64,000 nt of DNA from Pseudomonadales bacterium. Lineage in GTDB: Bacteria > Pseudomonadota > Gammaproteobacteria > Pseudomonadales > UBA7434. The translations under genes were made by a program, and so were the position numbers. The notes beneath the pieces are model-generated. The model was not told the DNA's origin. It did no database searches and saw only the letters and a program-made list of their open reading frames with translations. Location of the stretch: NCBI GenBank assembly GCA_965263235.1, contig OZ253667.1, positions 642,189-706,188 of the forward strand, given 5' to 3'. Of the stretch, positions 49,859 through 60,912 are shown one piece after another (the first letter of the stretch is position 1; each line of letters starts with the position of its first letter).

Positions 49859-49897
49859 GGTTGTTAATTTTCTAGAGCCTAATGGCCTAAATATCGC

Positions 49898-50377
49898 CTA
49901 TCGATTAGCTTCTCTTACCAGTCGTTGTTTTTGTCTTGCCCAGTCTTTGGCTTTCTCGCTGGCGCGCTTATCAAAGTTTTTCTTACCCTTTGCGATACCT
50001 ATCTCGCACTTAACCAGGTGTTTTTTCCAGTACATTGATAGTGCGACGCAGGTGTAGCCTTCTTGTTGGGTGGCACCAAAAAGCTTGCCCAGCTCGCGCT
50101 GGTTGAGCAGAAGTTTACGCGTTCGGTCGGGGTTGGCCACGACATGTGTGCTTGCGGAGTTTAACGGCTCTATATGGGCGCCTAGCAGCCACGCTTCACC
50201 GTCTTTTAAAAGCACATAGCTGTCCACGAGCTGACATTTGCCAGCACGAATACTTTTCACTTCCCAGCCTTGAAGGGCAAGTCCAGCTTCGAAAGTATCT
50301 GTTATCAGATAATCGTGCCGCGCTTTTTTAAACTGCGCAATTACATTGCTGGGCGTTTTGGGTTTTTTCTTGCTCAT
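49898..50377 (-). CDS. smpB: SsrA-binding protein
   Basis: 159 aa with the patterns [24 protein letters not shown] and a basic C-terminal tail. Confidence 0.95.
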   Translation of the reverse strand: MSKKKPKTPSNVIAQFKKARHDYLITDTFEAGLALQGWEVKSIRAGKCQLVDSYVLLKDGEAWLLGAHIEPLNSASTHVVANPDRTRKLLLNQRELGKLFGATQQEGYTCVALSMYWKKHLVKCEIGIAKGKKNFDKRASEKAKDWARQKQRLVREANR

Positions 50378-50439
50378 AGTGATTAGTATAATATCGTGGT
50401 GCGCTTTATTTCTTCTAGTAACTTTCTCGGTCGTTTTTT

Positions 50440-50754
50440 ATGGCTACACAAGAACCCTCGGCAATGATTGATGTAGAAGTTGCTTATGCGTTGCCCGATA
50501 AGCAAAAAATAATTGCCCTGCGCGTGCCTGAGGGTACTACCGCGCAGGATGCGGTTGAACAGTCGGGAATCGCCAATGAGTTCGCTGGTTTAGATGTGGG
50601 TAGCGCGAAGATTGGTGTTTTTGGTAAGGCAGTTAAGGCGACTCACGTGCTGGTGCAGGGCGATCGTGTTGAGATTTACCGGCCCTTGATCAACGATCCC
50701 AAGGCATCACGCAAAGAGCGAGCCGCAAAGGCAAAAGCGGCTAAGACTGGTTAG
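50440..50754 (+). CDS. rnfH: RnfH family ubiquitin-like protein
   Basis: 104 aa with the patterns IDVEVAYALPDKQKIIALRVPEGTT and GDRVEIYRPL. Confidence 0.8.
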   Translation: MATQEPSAMIDVEVAYALPDKQKIIALRVPEGTTAQDAVEQSGIANEFAGLDVGSAKIGVFGKAVKATHVLVQGDRVEIYRPLINDPKASRKERAAKAKAAKTG

Positions 50755-51103
50755 CGGGTATTCTTGGTTGTAGAACCGGTAAGGTTTTTTCGATACGAAC
50801 CAGTTCGTCGTTTTCAAAGTCGAGTTGTAGGCGTCGCTCTCTTAAAATTTTTGTATCGACTCGCTCGTTGTATAGATAAATCCAGCGATCAGATGTGAAC
50901 ACGTCAATAACCATTGGTGTACCAAGCAAAAAGTTTACTTGCTCTTTGTTCATGCCGAGCGCTAATTGATCAATGTTTTTTGCATCTGTCCAACTACCCT
51001 GCACAACCGGAACTTTGTGTGGCTCGAAAAAACTACAGCCAACGAAGCCACTAATCGCTATGCAAAGCGTTAATGCCAGGCTAAAAGACTTTTTATGTTG
51101 CAA
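50741..51103 (-). CDS. bamE: outer membrane protein assembly factor BamE
   Basis: 120 aa with the lipobox ISGFVGC and the SmpA/OmlA pattern QGSWTDAKNIDQLALGMNKEQVNFLLGTP. Confidence 0.8.
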   Translation of the reverse strand: MQHKKSFSLALTLCIAISGFVGCSFFEPHKVPVVQGSWTDAKNIDQLALGMNKEQVNFLLGTPMVIDVFTSDRWIYLYNERVDTKILRERRLQLDFENDELVRIEKTLPVLQPRIPANQS

Positions 51104-51280
51104 AATATATAGGCCTTTACAATAGGTGCGAGAGAGGTTTTAAGCACTTTTGGTTTGACGCTCGCGTGAATTCCTGCGGCGAAAATTGCGACAATCCAGC
51201 GCGCGGCATTGTATACTAGCTCGCATTATATTGGGAAAGCGTAGGCGCTTTTTTGTAATATTCAGACAATGGGTGTTCAT

Positions 51281-51700
51281 ATGAGTTCAGAGAATCAGGA
51301 GTTACGCCGCGCCGGGCTAAAAGTCACGCTGCCGAGAGTAAAGGTTTTGCAGTTGCTTGAAAGCTCGGCGGAGCGTGACAGGCATATGAGCGCAGAAGAT
51401 GTTTATAAGGCGTTGCTTGATGCCGGTGAAGACGTTGGTTTGGCGACAGTCTATCGGGTGTTAACGCAGTTTGAGTCGGCGGGTTTGGTCACTCGACATA
51501 ACTTTGAAGGTGGTCACGCGGTGTTTGAAATTGCCAGCGAGGAGCACCACGACCATATGGTGTGTACCGAGTCTGGCGAGATAATCGAGTTTTTTGATGA
51601 AGAGCTAGAAAAACTTCAGCACAAAATTGCGGATCGACGGGGGTTCGAAATAGTCGATCACAGTCTGGTGCTTTACGTTAAGCCAAAAGCGATTGAATAA
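51281..51700 (+). CDS. fur: ferric uptake regulator
   Basis: It has LKVTLPRVKVLQLL, ATVYRVLTQFESAGLV and HHDHMVC. The ORF is open from 51269, but the ATG at 51281 gives the usual N-terminus. Confidence 0.95.
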   Translation: MSSENQELRRAGLKVTLPRVKVLQLLESSAERDRHMSAEDVYKALLDAGEDVGLATVYRVLTQFESAGLVTRHNFEGGHAVFEIASEEHHDHMVCTESGEIIEFFDEELEKLQHKIADRRGFEIVDHSLVLYVKPKAIE

Positions 51701-51713
51701 TATTTGCGTAGCG

Positions 51714-53411
51714 TTATTCGCTATTGATCATCAGCTCGTCCGCCTGGGCGAGCGAAGCCTCGGTAATATCAACTCCACTCATCATTCTTGCAAGTTCGCG
51801 TTTTCTTTCGTTGGTGTCAAGTAAGCGCAAGGTTGTCGAAACACTTTTCTTATTAATATCTTTGCTGACCAGACAGTGCTGGTCTGCCTTTGACGCCACC
51901 TGGGCTAGATGAGTGACGCAAAGCACTTGTCGATGTTCGCTAAGCGCCTTAATTAATTCGCCAACGATTTCTGCCACGCCCCCGCCAATACCAACGTCGA
52001 CCTCATCGAATATCAGGGTTCCTGCCCCTTTGGTGGCCGCAGCTACAACTTTAATTGCCAGGCTGATGCGTGACAGTTCGCCACCTGAAGCAACCGAATT
52101 AAGTGCAGCGGGTGGTTTGCCGGGGATAGTGGAGATTAAAAAAGCGATCTGATCCAGCCCCCCCTGTGGTAACACGGTTTGTTTGGCGGGTTTATTTTCT
52201 TCGAGCGCGTTTTTTTCTACGCTGACTTTAAACGTGCAATGCTTCATCGACAGCTGGGCTAGCTTTTGGTTAACGGCCTGCTCGAATTTTTTTGCCTGGG
52301 CAGCGCGTTTTTTTGACACTTTTTGCGCGAGGCTGCTGTAATCACCAACCGTTTTTTTTATCGACTCTGCAATAGATTTTGCATCCGCATCTGCGTTATC
52401 GATGCTCTCCAGTTCTGACTGCAGGTTTTCTTTTAGAAGATGGAGGTTGTTGGAGTCGACTTGATGCTTACGAGCGACGCTGTAAAGCTGGTCGAGTCGT
52501 TGTTCTATTTGGCTTAGTTTTTCCGGGTCGGCATCTAAATTATTTAGTGTGTGTTCGATTTCGTTGCCTGCCTCTTCAAGCTGGATTAGTGCTGAATCTA
52601 ACAGTTCGACTACGTTTTTAAGATCGCTTTGAATATCGCTCTGCTTACGTAGTTCGGCAAGCGTGGCTTTCAGGGTTTGCAGGCTTTGATTGTCGCCGTC
52701 CTCGTCCAGACAAATAGATTTTGCGGTGCATAGCGCGGCCTGGAGGCTGTCTACCTGGCTGAGCTGTTTAAGCTGGGTTTCCAGGCGATGCGCTTCATTT
52801 TCTTGTGGAGCAAGTTCAATGAGCTCTTCAAGCTGGTAACTGAGCAGTTGTTGTTTTGCGTTAAGCGCTTGCTTGCTGTCTTGCAGCGCTTGTAGTTGTT
52901 TGCTTAAGCTATTTGCATGATGGGCGAGGTTATCAAGTTCCCTAACGTCATTGCTAATGCCTGCGTAATCATCGAGTAGGCTGGCATGTGCTTTTTTATC
53001 AAGCAATGCGTGATGTGCGTGTTGGCTGTGTTGTTCGACAAGCAAAGGAGACAGCTCTTTGAGCAGGTTTAAATTAACCGGAGTGTCGTTAATAAACGCT
53101 CTACTTCTGCCATCAGTTTTGATGCTGCGGCGCAACAATAAGTCTTCGTTAACCGAGTAGGGGATTTCTTTTTCGTTTAGCCAGTGGCAAACAGGGTCGT
53201 TTAAGCTAAAACTGGCACTAAGCTCGGCGGCTTTGTTGTTATCGCGCTGCACATCTCCACTTAGTCGCCCCCCGAGCGTCAGGTTAATCGCCTCTAGCAT
53301 TACCGATTTTCCCGCGCCGGTCTCGCCCGTAATAGCTATAAACCCCGTATCTACCTCAAGATGAAGCTTGTCGACGGTCGTAAAGTTGTTAATGGATAGC
53401 GCGCTAAGCAT
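51714..53411 (-). CDS. recN: DNA repair protein RecN
   Basis: 565 aa with Walker A GETGAGKS, a long coiled coil, the signature SGGELSR and Walker B LIFDEVD. Confidence 0.95.
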   Translation of the reverse strand: MLSALSINNFTTVDKLHLEVDTGFIAITGETGAGKSVMLEAINLTLGGRLSGDVQRDNNKAAELSASFSLNDPVCHWLNEKEIPYSVNEDLLLRRSIKTDGRSRAFINDTPVNLNLLKELSPLLVEQHSQHAHHALLDKKAHASLLDDYAGISNDVRELDNLAHHANSLSKQLQALQDSKQALNAKQQLLSYQLEELIELAPQENEAHRLETQLKQLSQVDSLQAALCTAKSICLDEDGDNQSLQTLKATLAELRKQSDIQSDLKNVVELLDSALIQLEEAGNEIEHTLNNLDADPEKLSQIEQRLDQLYSVARKHQVDSNNLHLLKENLQSELESIDNADADAKSIAESIKKTVGDYSSLAQKVSKKRAAQAKKFEQAVNQKLAQLSMKHCTFKVSVEKNALEENKPAKQTVLPQGGLDQIAFLISTIPGKPPAALNSVASGGELSRISLAIKVVAAATKGAGTLIFDEVDVGIGGGVAEIVGELIKALSEHRQVLCVTHLAQVASKADQHCLVSKDINKKSVSTTLRLLDTNERKRELARMMSGVDITEASLAQADELMINSE

Positions 53412-53563
53412 GGTTTTGGTCGTTTTGCTGTTGCCGTAGTTACTTTCTTGCCAACCGTAGCAAAGCGAGCGCTTAACTTCGCACCTTGTCCTGAGCTTTG
53501 TAGGTTGATATTGTTGCGATAGTTTACTTGAATCTTAGGACTTGCGACCAAGATATTGTGGGA

Positions 53564-54598
53564 ATGTCTTCTCTCTCTGAGCGAAATAACCAGCTGCTGA
53601 ATGCTTTAGTCGATCGCTATATTCGCGAGGGCGTTCCCGTGGGGTCAAAAACCCTGTCTGCCGATAAAAATGTGCAGCTAAGTTCGGCCAGTATTCGCAA
53701 TGTTATGTCGGAGCTTGAAGAGCGTGGCTATCTGAGTTCGCCACATACTTCGGCGGGGCGTGTGCCCACCGCCAAGGCCTATCGCTTGTTTGTCGATAGT
53801 GTCGTTACTGGCTGCAAGGTGAGTCGTGCTGTGGTCGAGGCGGTGCAGGATCAGCTTGAGCAGAAAGTTACTTCCGAGCTCGCCGAAAGCGCATCGGGAA
53901 TAATCTCCGAGCTATCGAGCCAGGCCGGTTTGGTATTGTTGCCTAGTCGCTCGGACATGTCGTTTCATCACATTGAGTTTTTGCCGTTATCGAGTAATCG
54001 AGTGCTGGTGGTGTTGGTGCTAGACCAGCAGGAGGTGCAAAATCTGGTGATTAACACCGAAAAAGAATACTCGCGTGATGAGTTACTGCAAGCGGCAGCG
54101 TTTGTGAACGACAACTTTTCTGGCTGTAGCGCCCGGGAAGTACACAGGCTATTGCTGGAAAGCATGGAGAATGATCGTAGTAATATCGACCAGATGATGC
54201 GTGATGCGATGGATTTTGCGCAGCAGGCGTTAGAAGAAGTGAGCGCTCATGATAGTGATTATGTGGTGGCGGGGCAGGCAAACCTTTTGCAGCAAGATGC
54301 CGCGCAGCTTGAAAACGCTGCGCGGCTCAAAGAGCTTTTTGACGCGTTCCAGCAAAAGAAAGATATTCTCCATTTAATGCAACGATGTGCTGACTCGCCC
54401 GGAGTACAGGTCTTTATTGGGGAGGAGTCCGGTTACGAAGTGCTAGAGGATTTCAGCGTAATCACAGCGCCATTTGAAAGCGGCGCTTCTACGCTTGGAG
54501 TGCTCGGCGTGATCGGGCCAACCCGTATGGCTTACGAGAAAGTCGTGCCGCTTGTAGATATTACCGCCAGGTTGATGAGCGCCGCGTTAAAAAATTAG
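53564..54598 (+). CDS. hrcA: heat-inducible transcription repressor HrcA
   Basis: It has LSERNNQLLNALVDRYIREGVPVGSKTL and GVLGVIGPTRMAY. The ORF is open from a TTG at 53528, but the ATG at 53564 is the likely start. Confidence 0.9.
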   Translation: MSSLSERNNQLLNALVDRYIREGVPVGSKTLSADKNVQLSSASIRNVMSELEERGYLSSPHTSAGRVPTAKAYRLFVDSVVTGCKVSRAVVEAVQDQLEQKVTSELAESASGIISELSSQAGLVLLPSRSDMSFHHIEFLPLSSNRVLVVLVLDQQEVQNLVINTEKEYSRDELLQAAAFVNDNFSGCSAREVHRLLLESMENDRSNIDQMMRDAMDFAQQALEEVSAHDSDYVVAGQANLLQQDAAQLENAARLKELFDAFQQKKDILHLMQRCADSPGVQVFIGEESGYEVLEDFSVITAPFESGASTLGVLGVIGPTRMAYEKVVPLVDITARLMSAALKN

Positions 54599-54636
54599 GC
54601 TTCGATCGAAACTGTACAAATCTGTGCAGCATTTTC

Positions 54637-54665
54637 CTTGATATTTTTTCCCCAGTCCCCATAGT
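54637..54665 (+). promoter_or_regulatory. sigma32-type heat-shock promoter upstream of grpE
   Basis: cttgata, a 13-nt spacer, then ccccatagt. The consensus is CTTGAAA-N13-15-CCCCATnT. Confidence 0.6.
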
Positions 54666-54772
54666 GCCACCAGCGCGAAAGTGGCCTATAAGATCGTCTT
54701 TTACAGGCGTTCAGTTGACGGGTTTTGGTGCGCACTAGCTCAAAGATTAATCAATTTTGAAGTGGCGAGAGA

Positions 54773-55354
54773 ATGGCAGACAGCGATTCAGAACTAGAGA
54801 AGAATGCAGTTGAAGAACAGGTGCAGGACAAAGAGCCGGTAGAGCAAGACAGCGGTGAAGAGGCTTCATCTGGAGCGGATGAGCTAGCGGCGCTTAAGGC
54901 TGAGATTGAAACACTTAAAGGCCAGGCATCTGAGGCAAAAGATCAGGCCTTAAGAACGGCCGCCGAAATGCAGAATTTGCGCCGTCGAACCGAGCGCGAT
55001 GTAGAAACCGCGCACAAATTTGGCCAGGAAAAGCTAATCAATTCGTTGTTGCCAGTGCTGGACAATCTCGATCGCGCTTTGAGTTCGGGCGAGAACGCCG
55101 ATGGCGAAGACGCGCTGAAGGCGCTTATCGAAGGCGTTGAATTAACGCGCAAAAGCGCCTTTGACGCGCTAAGCAAGCACTCCGTTGAGATACTCGACCC
55201 GGTTGGCGAACCTTTCGACCCCGAGTACCACGAAGCGATGACCATGGTGCCAAGCGAAACGGCTGAGCCTAACTCGGTTATTGATGTGCTACAGAAAGGC
55301 TACACGCTCAATGGCAGGTTGCTGCGCGCAGCGATGGTGGTTGTCGCAAAGTAG
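54773..55354 (+). CDS. grpE: nucleotide exchange factor GrpE
   Basis: 193 aa with an acidic N-terminus, LRTAAEMQNLRRRTERD and FDPEYHEAM. Confidence 0.95.
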   Translation: MADSDSELEKNAVEEQVQDKEPVEQDSGEEASSGADELAALKAEIETLKGQASEAKDQALRTAAEMQNLRRRTERDVETAHKFGQEKLINSLLPVLDNLDRALSSGENADGEDALKALIEGVELTRKSAFDALSKHSVEILDPVGEPFDPEYHEAMTMVPSETAEPNSVIDVLQKGYTLNGRLLRAAMVVVAK

Positions 55355-55400
55355 AAGGCCGTCACGTTTAAAGCGAGTCGGGCGGGCAGCAAACTTACGG

Positions 55401-55429
55401 CTTGAAACTTATTTGAAAGGCCCCATATA
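55401..55429 (+). promoter_or_regulatory. sigma32-type heat-shock promoter upstream of dnaK
   Basis: cttgaaa, a 13-nt spacer, then ccccatata, 37 nt upstream of the dnaK ATG. Confidence 0.7.
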
Positions 55430-55465
55430 GGGGATAGACACAGAATTTATGTTGGAGACAGAGTA

Positions 55466-57382
55466 ATGAGCAAAATTATCGGTATCGACCTGGGAACGAC
55501 CAACTCTTGCGTTGCGGTTTTAGATGGCGACAGCGCACGTGTAATCGAGAACTCTGAAGGCGATCGCACGACCCCTTCGGTAGTTGCCTACACAGATGAA
55601 AACGAAGTGTTGGTCGGTCAGGCTGCAAAGCGTCAGGCGGTAACCAACCCAACCAACACGTTATTTGCGGTTAAGCGCTTGATCGGTCGTAAGTACGATG
55701 ACCAGGTCGTGCAAAAAGATATCTCCATGGTGCCTTATGGCATTGTTAAGGCCGATAACGGTGATGCATGGGTTGAAGCGGGCGGAGAGAAAATGGCGCC
55801 GCCGCAAATATCAGCTCAAGTGCTTATGAAAATGAAAAAGACTGCTGAAGACTTTCTTGGTGAAGAAGTTACTCAGGCGGTTATTACTGTTCCAGCATAT
55901 TTTAATGACTCGCAACGCCAGGCTACAAAAGATGCCGGTAAGATCGCGGGTCTTGAAGTGAAGCGTATTATTAATGAGCCAACAGCAGCAGCCCTGGCTT
56001 ATGGCATGGATAAGGCTGGTGGTGATCGTACCATCGCAGTTTACGACCTTGGTGGTGGTACTTTCGATATATCGATTATCGAAATTGCTGATGTTGATGG
56101 CGAAAAACAGTTTGAAGTGCTTTCGACCAACGGTGATACATTCCTGGGTGGTGAAGATTTTGACTTAACCCTTATCGACTATCTTGCGGAAGAGTTCAAG
56201 AAAGACAGTGGTGTTGATCTTAAAGGCGACCCGCTTGCCATGCAGCGCTTAAAAGAGGCCGCTGAAAAAGCCAAGATTGAACTGTCCAGTTCGCAACAGA
56301 CAGAAGTTAACTTGCCATATATTACGGCAGATGCTTCTGGGCCAAAGCATTTGGTTGTTAAGCTGAGCCGCGCCAAGCTCGAATCGTTAGTTGGCGATTT
56401 GGTTGAGCGTTCAATGGAGCCGGTTAAAGTCGCACTAAAAGATGCTGGCATGAGCGCATCAGAAGTCGATGAAGTTTTACTCGTGGGCGGCCAGACACGT
56501 ATGCCGCTGGTGCAAGAAAAGGTTTCTGCTTTCTTTGGCAAAGAGCCTAAGAAAGACGTAAACCCGGACGAAGCAGTGGCAATGGGTGCGGCTATTCAGG
56601 GCGCGGTATTGGCTGGTGATGTAAAAGACGTGCTTTTGCTTGACGTTACACCACTGACGTTGGGGATCGAAACCATGGGCGGTGTTGCGACACCGTTGAT
56701 CGAGAAAAACACGACGATTCCAACGAAAAAATCGCAGATTTTCTCGACGGCGGAAGACAATCAAACAGCCGTTACGATACATGTTGTACAAGGTGAGCGT
56801 AAGCAGGCATCAGGAAATAAATCGTTAGGTCGATTTGATTTGGCTGATATTCCGCCTGCACAGCGTGGTATGCCCCAGATCGAAGTGACTTTCGATATTG
56901 ATGCTAACGGTATCCTAAACGTGTCGGCAAAAGATAAGGCGACGGGCAAAGAACAGTCGATTGTCATTAAGGCGTCGTCGGGGCTCTCTGATGAAGAGAT
57001 TGACCAAATGGTTCAGGACGCTGAAGCGAATGCAGAGGCTGATCGTATCTTTGAAGAGCTGACGACTGCGCGCAATACTGCAGAAAGCATGGCAAACGCA
57101 TCGCGTAAAACCTTAGAGGAAGCCGGCGATAAAGCGACAGCTGAAGAAAAATCAGCTATCGAAGCGGCAATTAACGAGGTTGAAGAAGCGGTGAAAGGCG
57201 ACGACAAGGAAGCTATTGAAGCTGCAACTAACAAGTTGACTGAGGCGTCATCTGGTTTGGCGCAGAAAATGTACGCTGAAGCGCAACAGCAGGGTGAGGC
57301 TGCGCCAGAAGCGGAAGGATCTGCTGCGGGTGCCGAAGATGTTGTCGATGCCGAGTTTGAAGAAGTCAAAGATGATAAGTAA
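55466..57382 (+). CDS. dnaK: molecular chaperone DnaK (Hsp70)
   Basis: 638 aa with [21 protein letters not shown] and [11 protein letters not shown]. Confidence 0.98.
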   Translation: MSKIIGIDLGTTNSCVAVLDGDSARVIENSEGDRTTPSVVAYTDENEVLVGQAAKRQAVTNPTNTLFAVKRLIGRKYDDQVVQKDISMVPYGIVKADNGDAWVEAGGEKMAPPQISAQVLMKMKKTAEDFLGEEVTQAVITVPAYFNDSQRQATKDAGKIAGLEVKRIINEPTAAALAYGMDKAGGDRTIAVYDLGGGTFDISIIEIADVDGEKQFEVLSTNGDTFLGGEDFDLTLIDYLAEEFKKDSGVDLKGDPLAMQRLKEAAEKAKIELSSSQQTEVNLPYITADASGPKHLVVKLSRAKLESLVGDLVERSMEPVKVALKDAGMSASEVDEVLLVGGQTRMPLVQEKVSAFFGKEPKKDVNPDEAVAMGAAIQGAVLAGDVKDVLLLDVTPLTLGIETMGGVATPLIEKNTTIPTKKSQIFSTAEDNQTAVTIHVVQGERKQASGNKSLGRFDLADIPPAQRGMPQIEVTFDIDANGILNVSAKDKATGKEQSIVIKASSGLSDEEIDQMVQDAEANAEADRIFEELTTARNTAESMANASRKTLEEAGDKATAEEKSAIEAAINEVEEAVKGDDKEAIEAATNKLTEASSGLAQKMYAEAQQQGEAAPEAEGSAAGAEDVVDAEFEEVKDDK

Positions 57383-57428
57383 TCGCTAGGTTTGTATTTG
57401 TCTAACGATTATTAGTCTTAGATCAAAA

Positions 57429-57460
57429 AGGCCGGCGCAATGGTTGTGCTGGCCTTTTTT
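57429..57460 (+). terminator. hairpin plus T-run between dnaK and dnaJ (partial terminator/attenuator)
   Basis: aggccggc...gctggcct is followed by TTTTTT. Confidence 0.6.
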
Positions 57461-57482
57461 ACTGTAAGCAACGAGTCAATTT

Positions 57483-59514
<2,032 letters not shown>

Positions 59515-59724
59515 GCTAGTGCGGCAAGCCTGTCAATAGGCTGTTTTTGTTTGCGCGCGTGCCGAATTCACATGGACAGCTTGGTGGATTTTTTTTACAC
59601 TCCGCGCCCAGCTTTTGAGCCAGCACCCTCCTTGAAACACACTGGGTCGCTCGCTCATTATCACGCGCTCTATAAAAGCTAGGTTCTCAGTCCGCTATTG
59701 CGGTACGTTAAGTTGGAGTTTCAT

Positions 59725-60876
59725 TTGTCTTCTAATTCAGCTGTTCTTGCTCTCGCGGACGGTAGTGTTTTCTACGGCACTTCGATAGGGGTTGATGGTA
59801 GCTCGGTCGGCGAGGTGGTATTCAATACCGCGATGACTGGGTATCAGGAGATTCTTACAGATCCTTCCTACGCTAAGCAGATTGTTACGCTGACTTACCC
59901 CCATATTGGCAACACTGGTGCAAACCGCGAGGATGAAGAATCGGGTTCGGTATGGGCCGCCGGTTTGGTCATTCGCGACTTGCCATTGCTGGCAAGCAAT
60001 TTCCGTTCTGAGCAATCGCTGGGCGAGTATCTCGTTGCCAATCGTGTGGTAGCGATTGCCGATATTGATACGCGCCGATTGACCCGATTGTTGAGAGAGA
60101 AAGGTGCACAAAGTGGTGTTATTTGCGCCGCCGCAGAAGGCGTAAGCGAAGCTCAAATTCAAGATGCGATTAAGCAAGCAGCGTCTTTTGCCGGTTTGGC
60201 GGGAATGGATCTGGCGAAAGAAGTAACTTGCAAGACAGTCGAAAGCTGGAAAAGTGGGAGCTGGATTCTGGGAGAGGGGCATAGCGAAAAACAATTTGAT
60301 GACCCCTTGAAAGTTGTAGCCTACGATTTTGGCGCGAAGCGGAACATTTTGCGGATGCTGGTGGATAGAGGCTGCGAAGTGACCGTCGTACCCGCGCAAA
60401 CGCCGGTCAGCGATGTGCTGGCGCAGAACCCTGATGGTGTGTTTTTGTCTAATGGCCCTGGTGATCCAGAGCCTTGTGATTACGCTATCGGCGCTATACG
60501 GGAATTGTTAGATAGAGATATGCCGCTGTTTGGCATCTGCCTGGGGCATCAGTTGCTAGCGTTAGCGAGCGGCGCGAAAACAACAAAAATGAAGTTTGGT
60601 CACCATGGCGCGAATCATCCGGTCAAGAACCATGACGACGGGACGGTGATGATTACCAGCCAAAACCATGGTTTTGCGGTAGATCAGTCGAGCTTGCCAG
60701 ATTATCTGCGAGTCACTCACACCTCGCTTTTTGATGGGAGCTTGCAAGGTATAGAACGTACCGATAAGCCCGCGTTCGGGTTTCAAGGGCATCCAGAAGC
60801 CAGCCCTGGGCCACATGATGCGGCGCCATTATTTGATAAATTTATTTCCTCAATGCGCGCAAATAAATCAGCGTGA
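59725..60876 (+). CDS. carA: carbamoyl-phosphate synthase small (glutaminase) subunit
   Basis: It has [13 protein letters not shown], the class-I GATase active site GICLGHQ and HHGANHPV. The ORF is open from 59698. The TTG at 59725 has a ggag located 7 nt upstream and gives the usual N-terminal length. E. coli carA is also known to start with UUG. Confidence 0.92.
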   Translation: MSSNSAVLALADGSVFYGTSIGVDGSSVGEVVFNTAMTGYQEILTDPSYAKQIVTLTYPHIGNTGANREDEESGSVWAAGLVIRDLPLLASNFRSEQSLGEYLVANRVVAIADIDTRRLTRLLREKGAQSGVICAAAEGVSEAQIQDAIKQAASFAGLAGMDLAKEVTCKTVESWKSGSWILGEGHSEKQFDDPLKVVAYDFGAKRNILRMLVDRGCEVTVVPAQTPVSDVLAQNPDGVFLSNGPGDPEPCDYAIGAIRELLDRDMPLFGICLGHQLLALASGAKTTKMKFGHHGANHPVKNHDDGTVMITSQNHGFAVDQSSLPDYLRVTHTSLFDGSLQGIERTDKPAFGFQGHPEASPGPHDAAPLFDKFISSMRANKSA

Positions 60877-60912
60877 GTTTAGGCCGTCGATAGATTAGCT
60901 GGAGTTATAAAC

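Noticed and set aside
50378-50754. rnfH occurs without the SRPBCC/RatA-like gene that often precedes it next to smpB.
   Set aside because: The smpB-rnfH gap is only 62 nt and shows no gene remnant. This is probably lineage-typical gene order and not a deletion scar, and it cannot be judged without comparative data.
53412-53563. A possible LexA (SOS) box upstream of recN.
   Set aside because: Only ctgttgccgtagttac (CTGT-N8-TTAC) was seen, and it lacks the ACAG half-site. No canonical CTGT-N8-ACAG was found by eye, so no SOS box is reported.
59737-60399. A 220-aa minus-strand ORF inside carA.
   Set aside because: It is antisense to carA and has no recognisable features.
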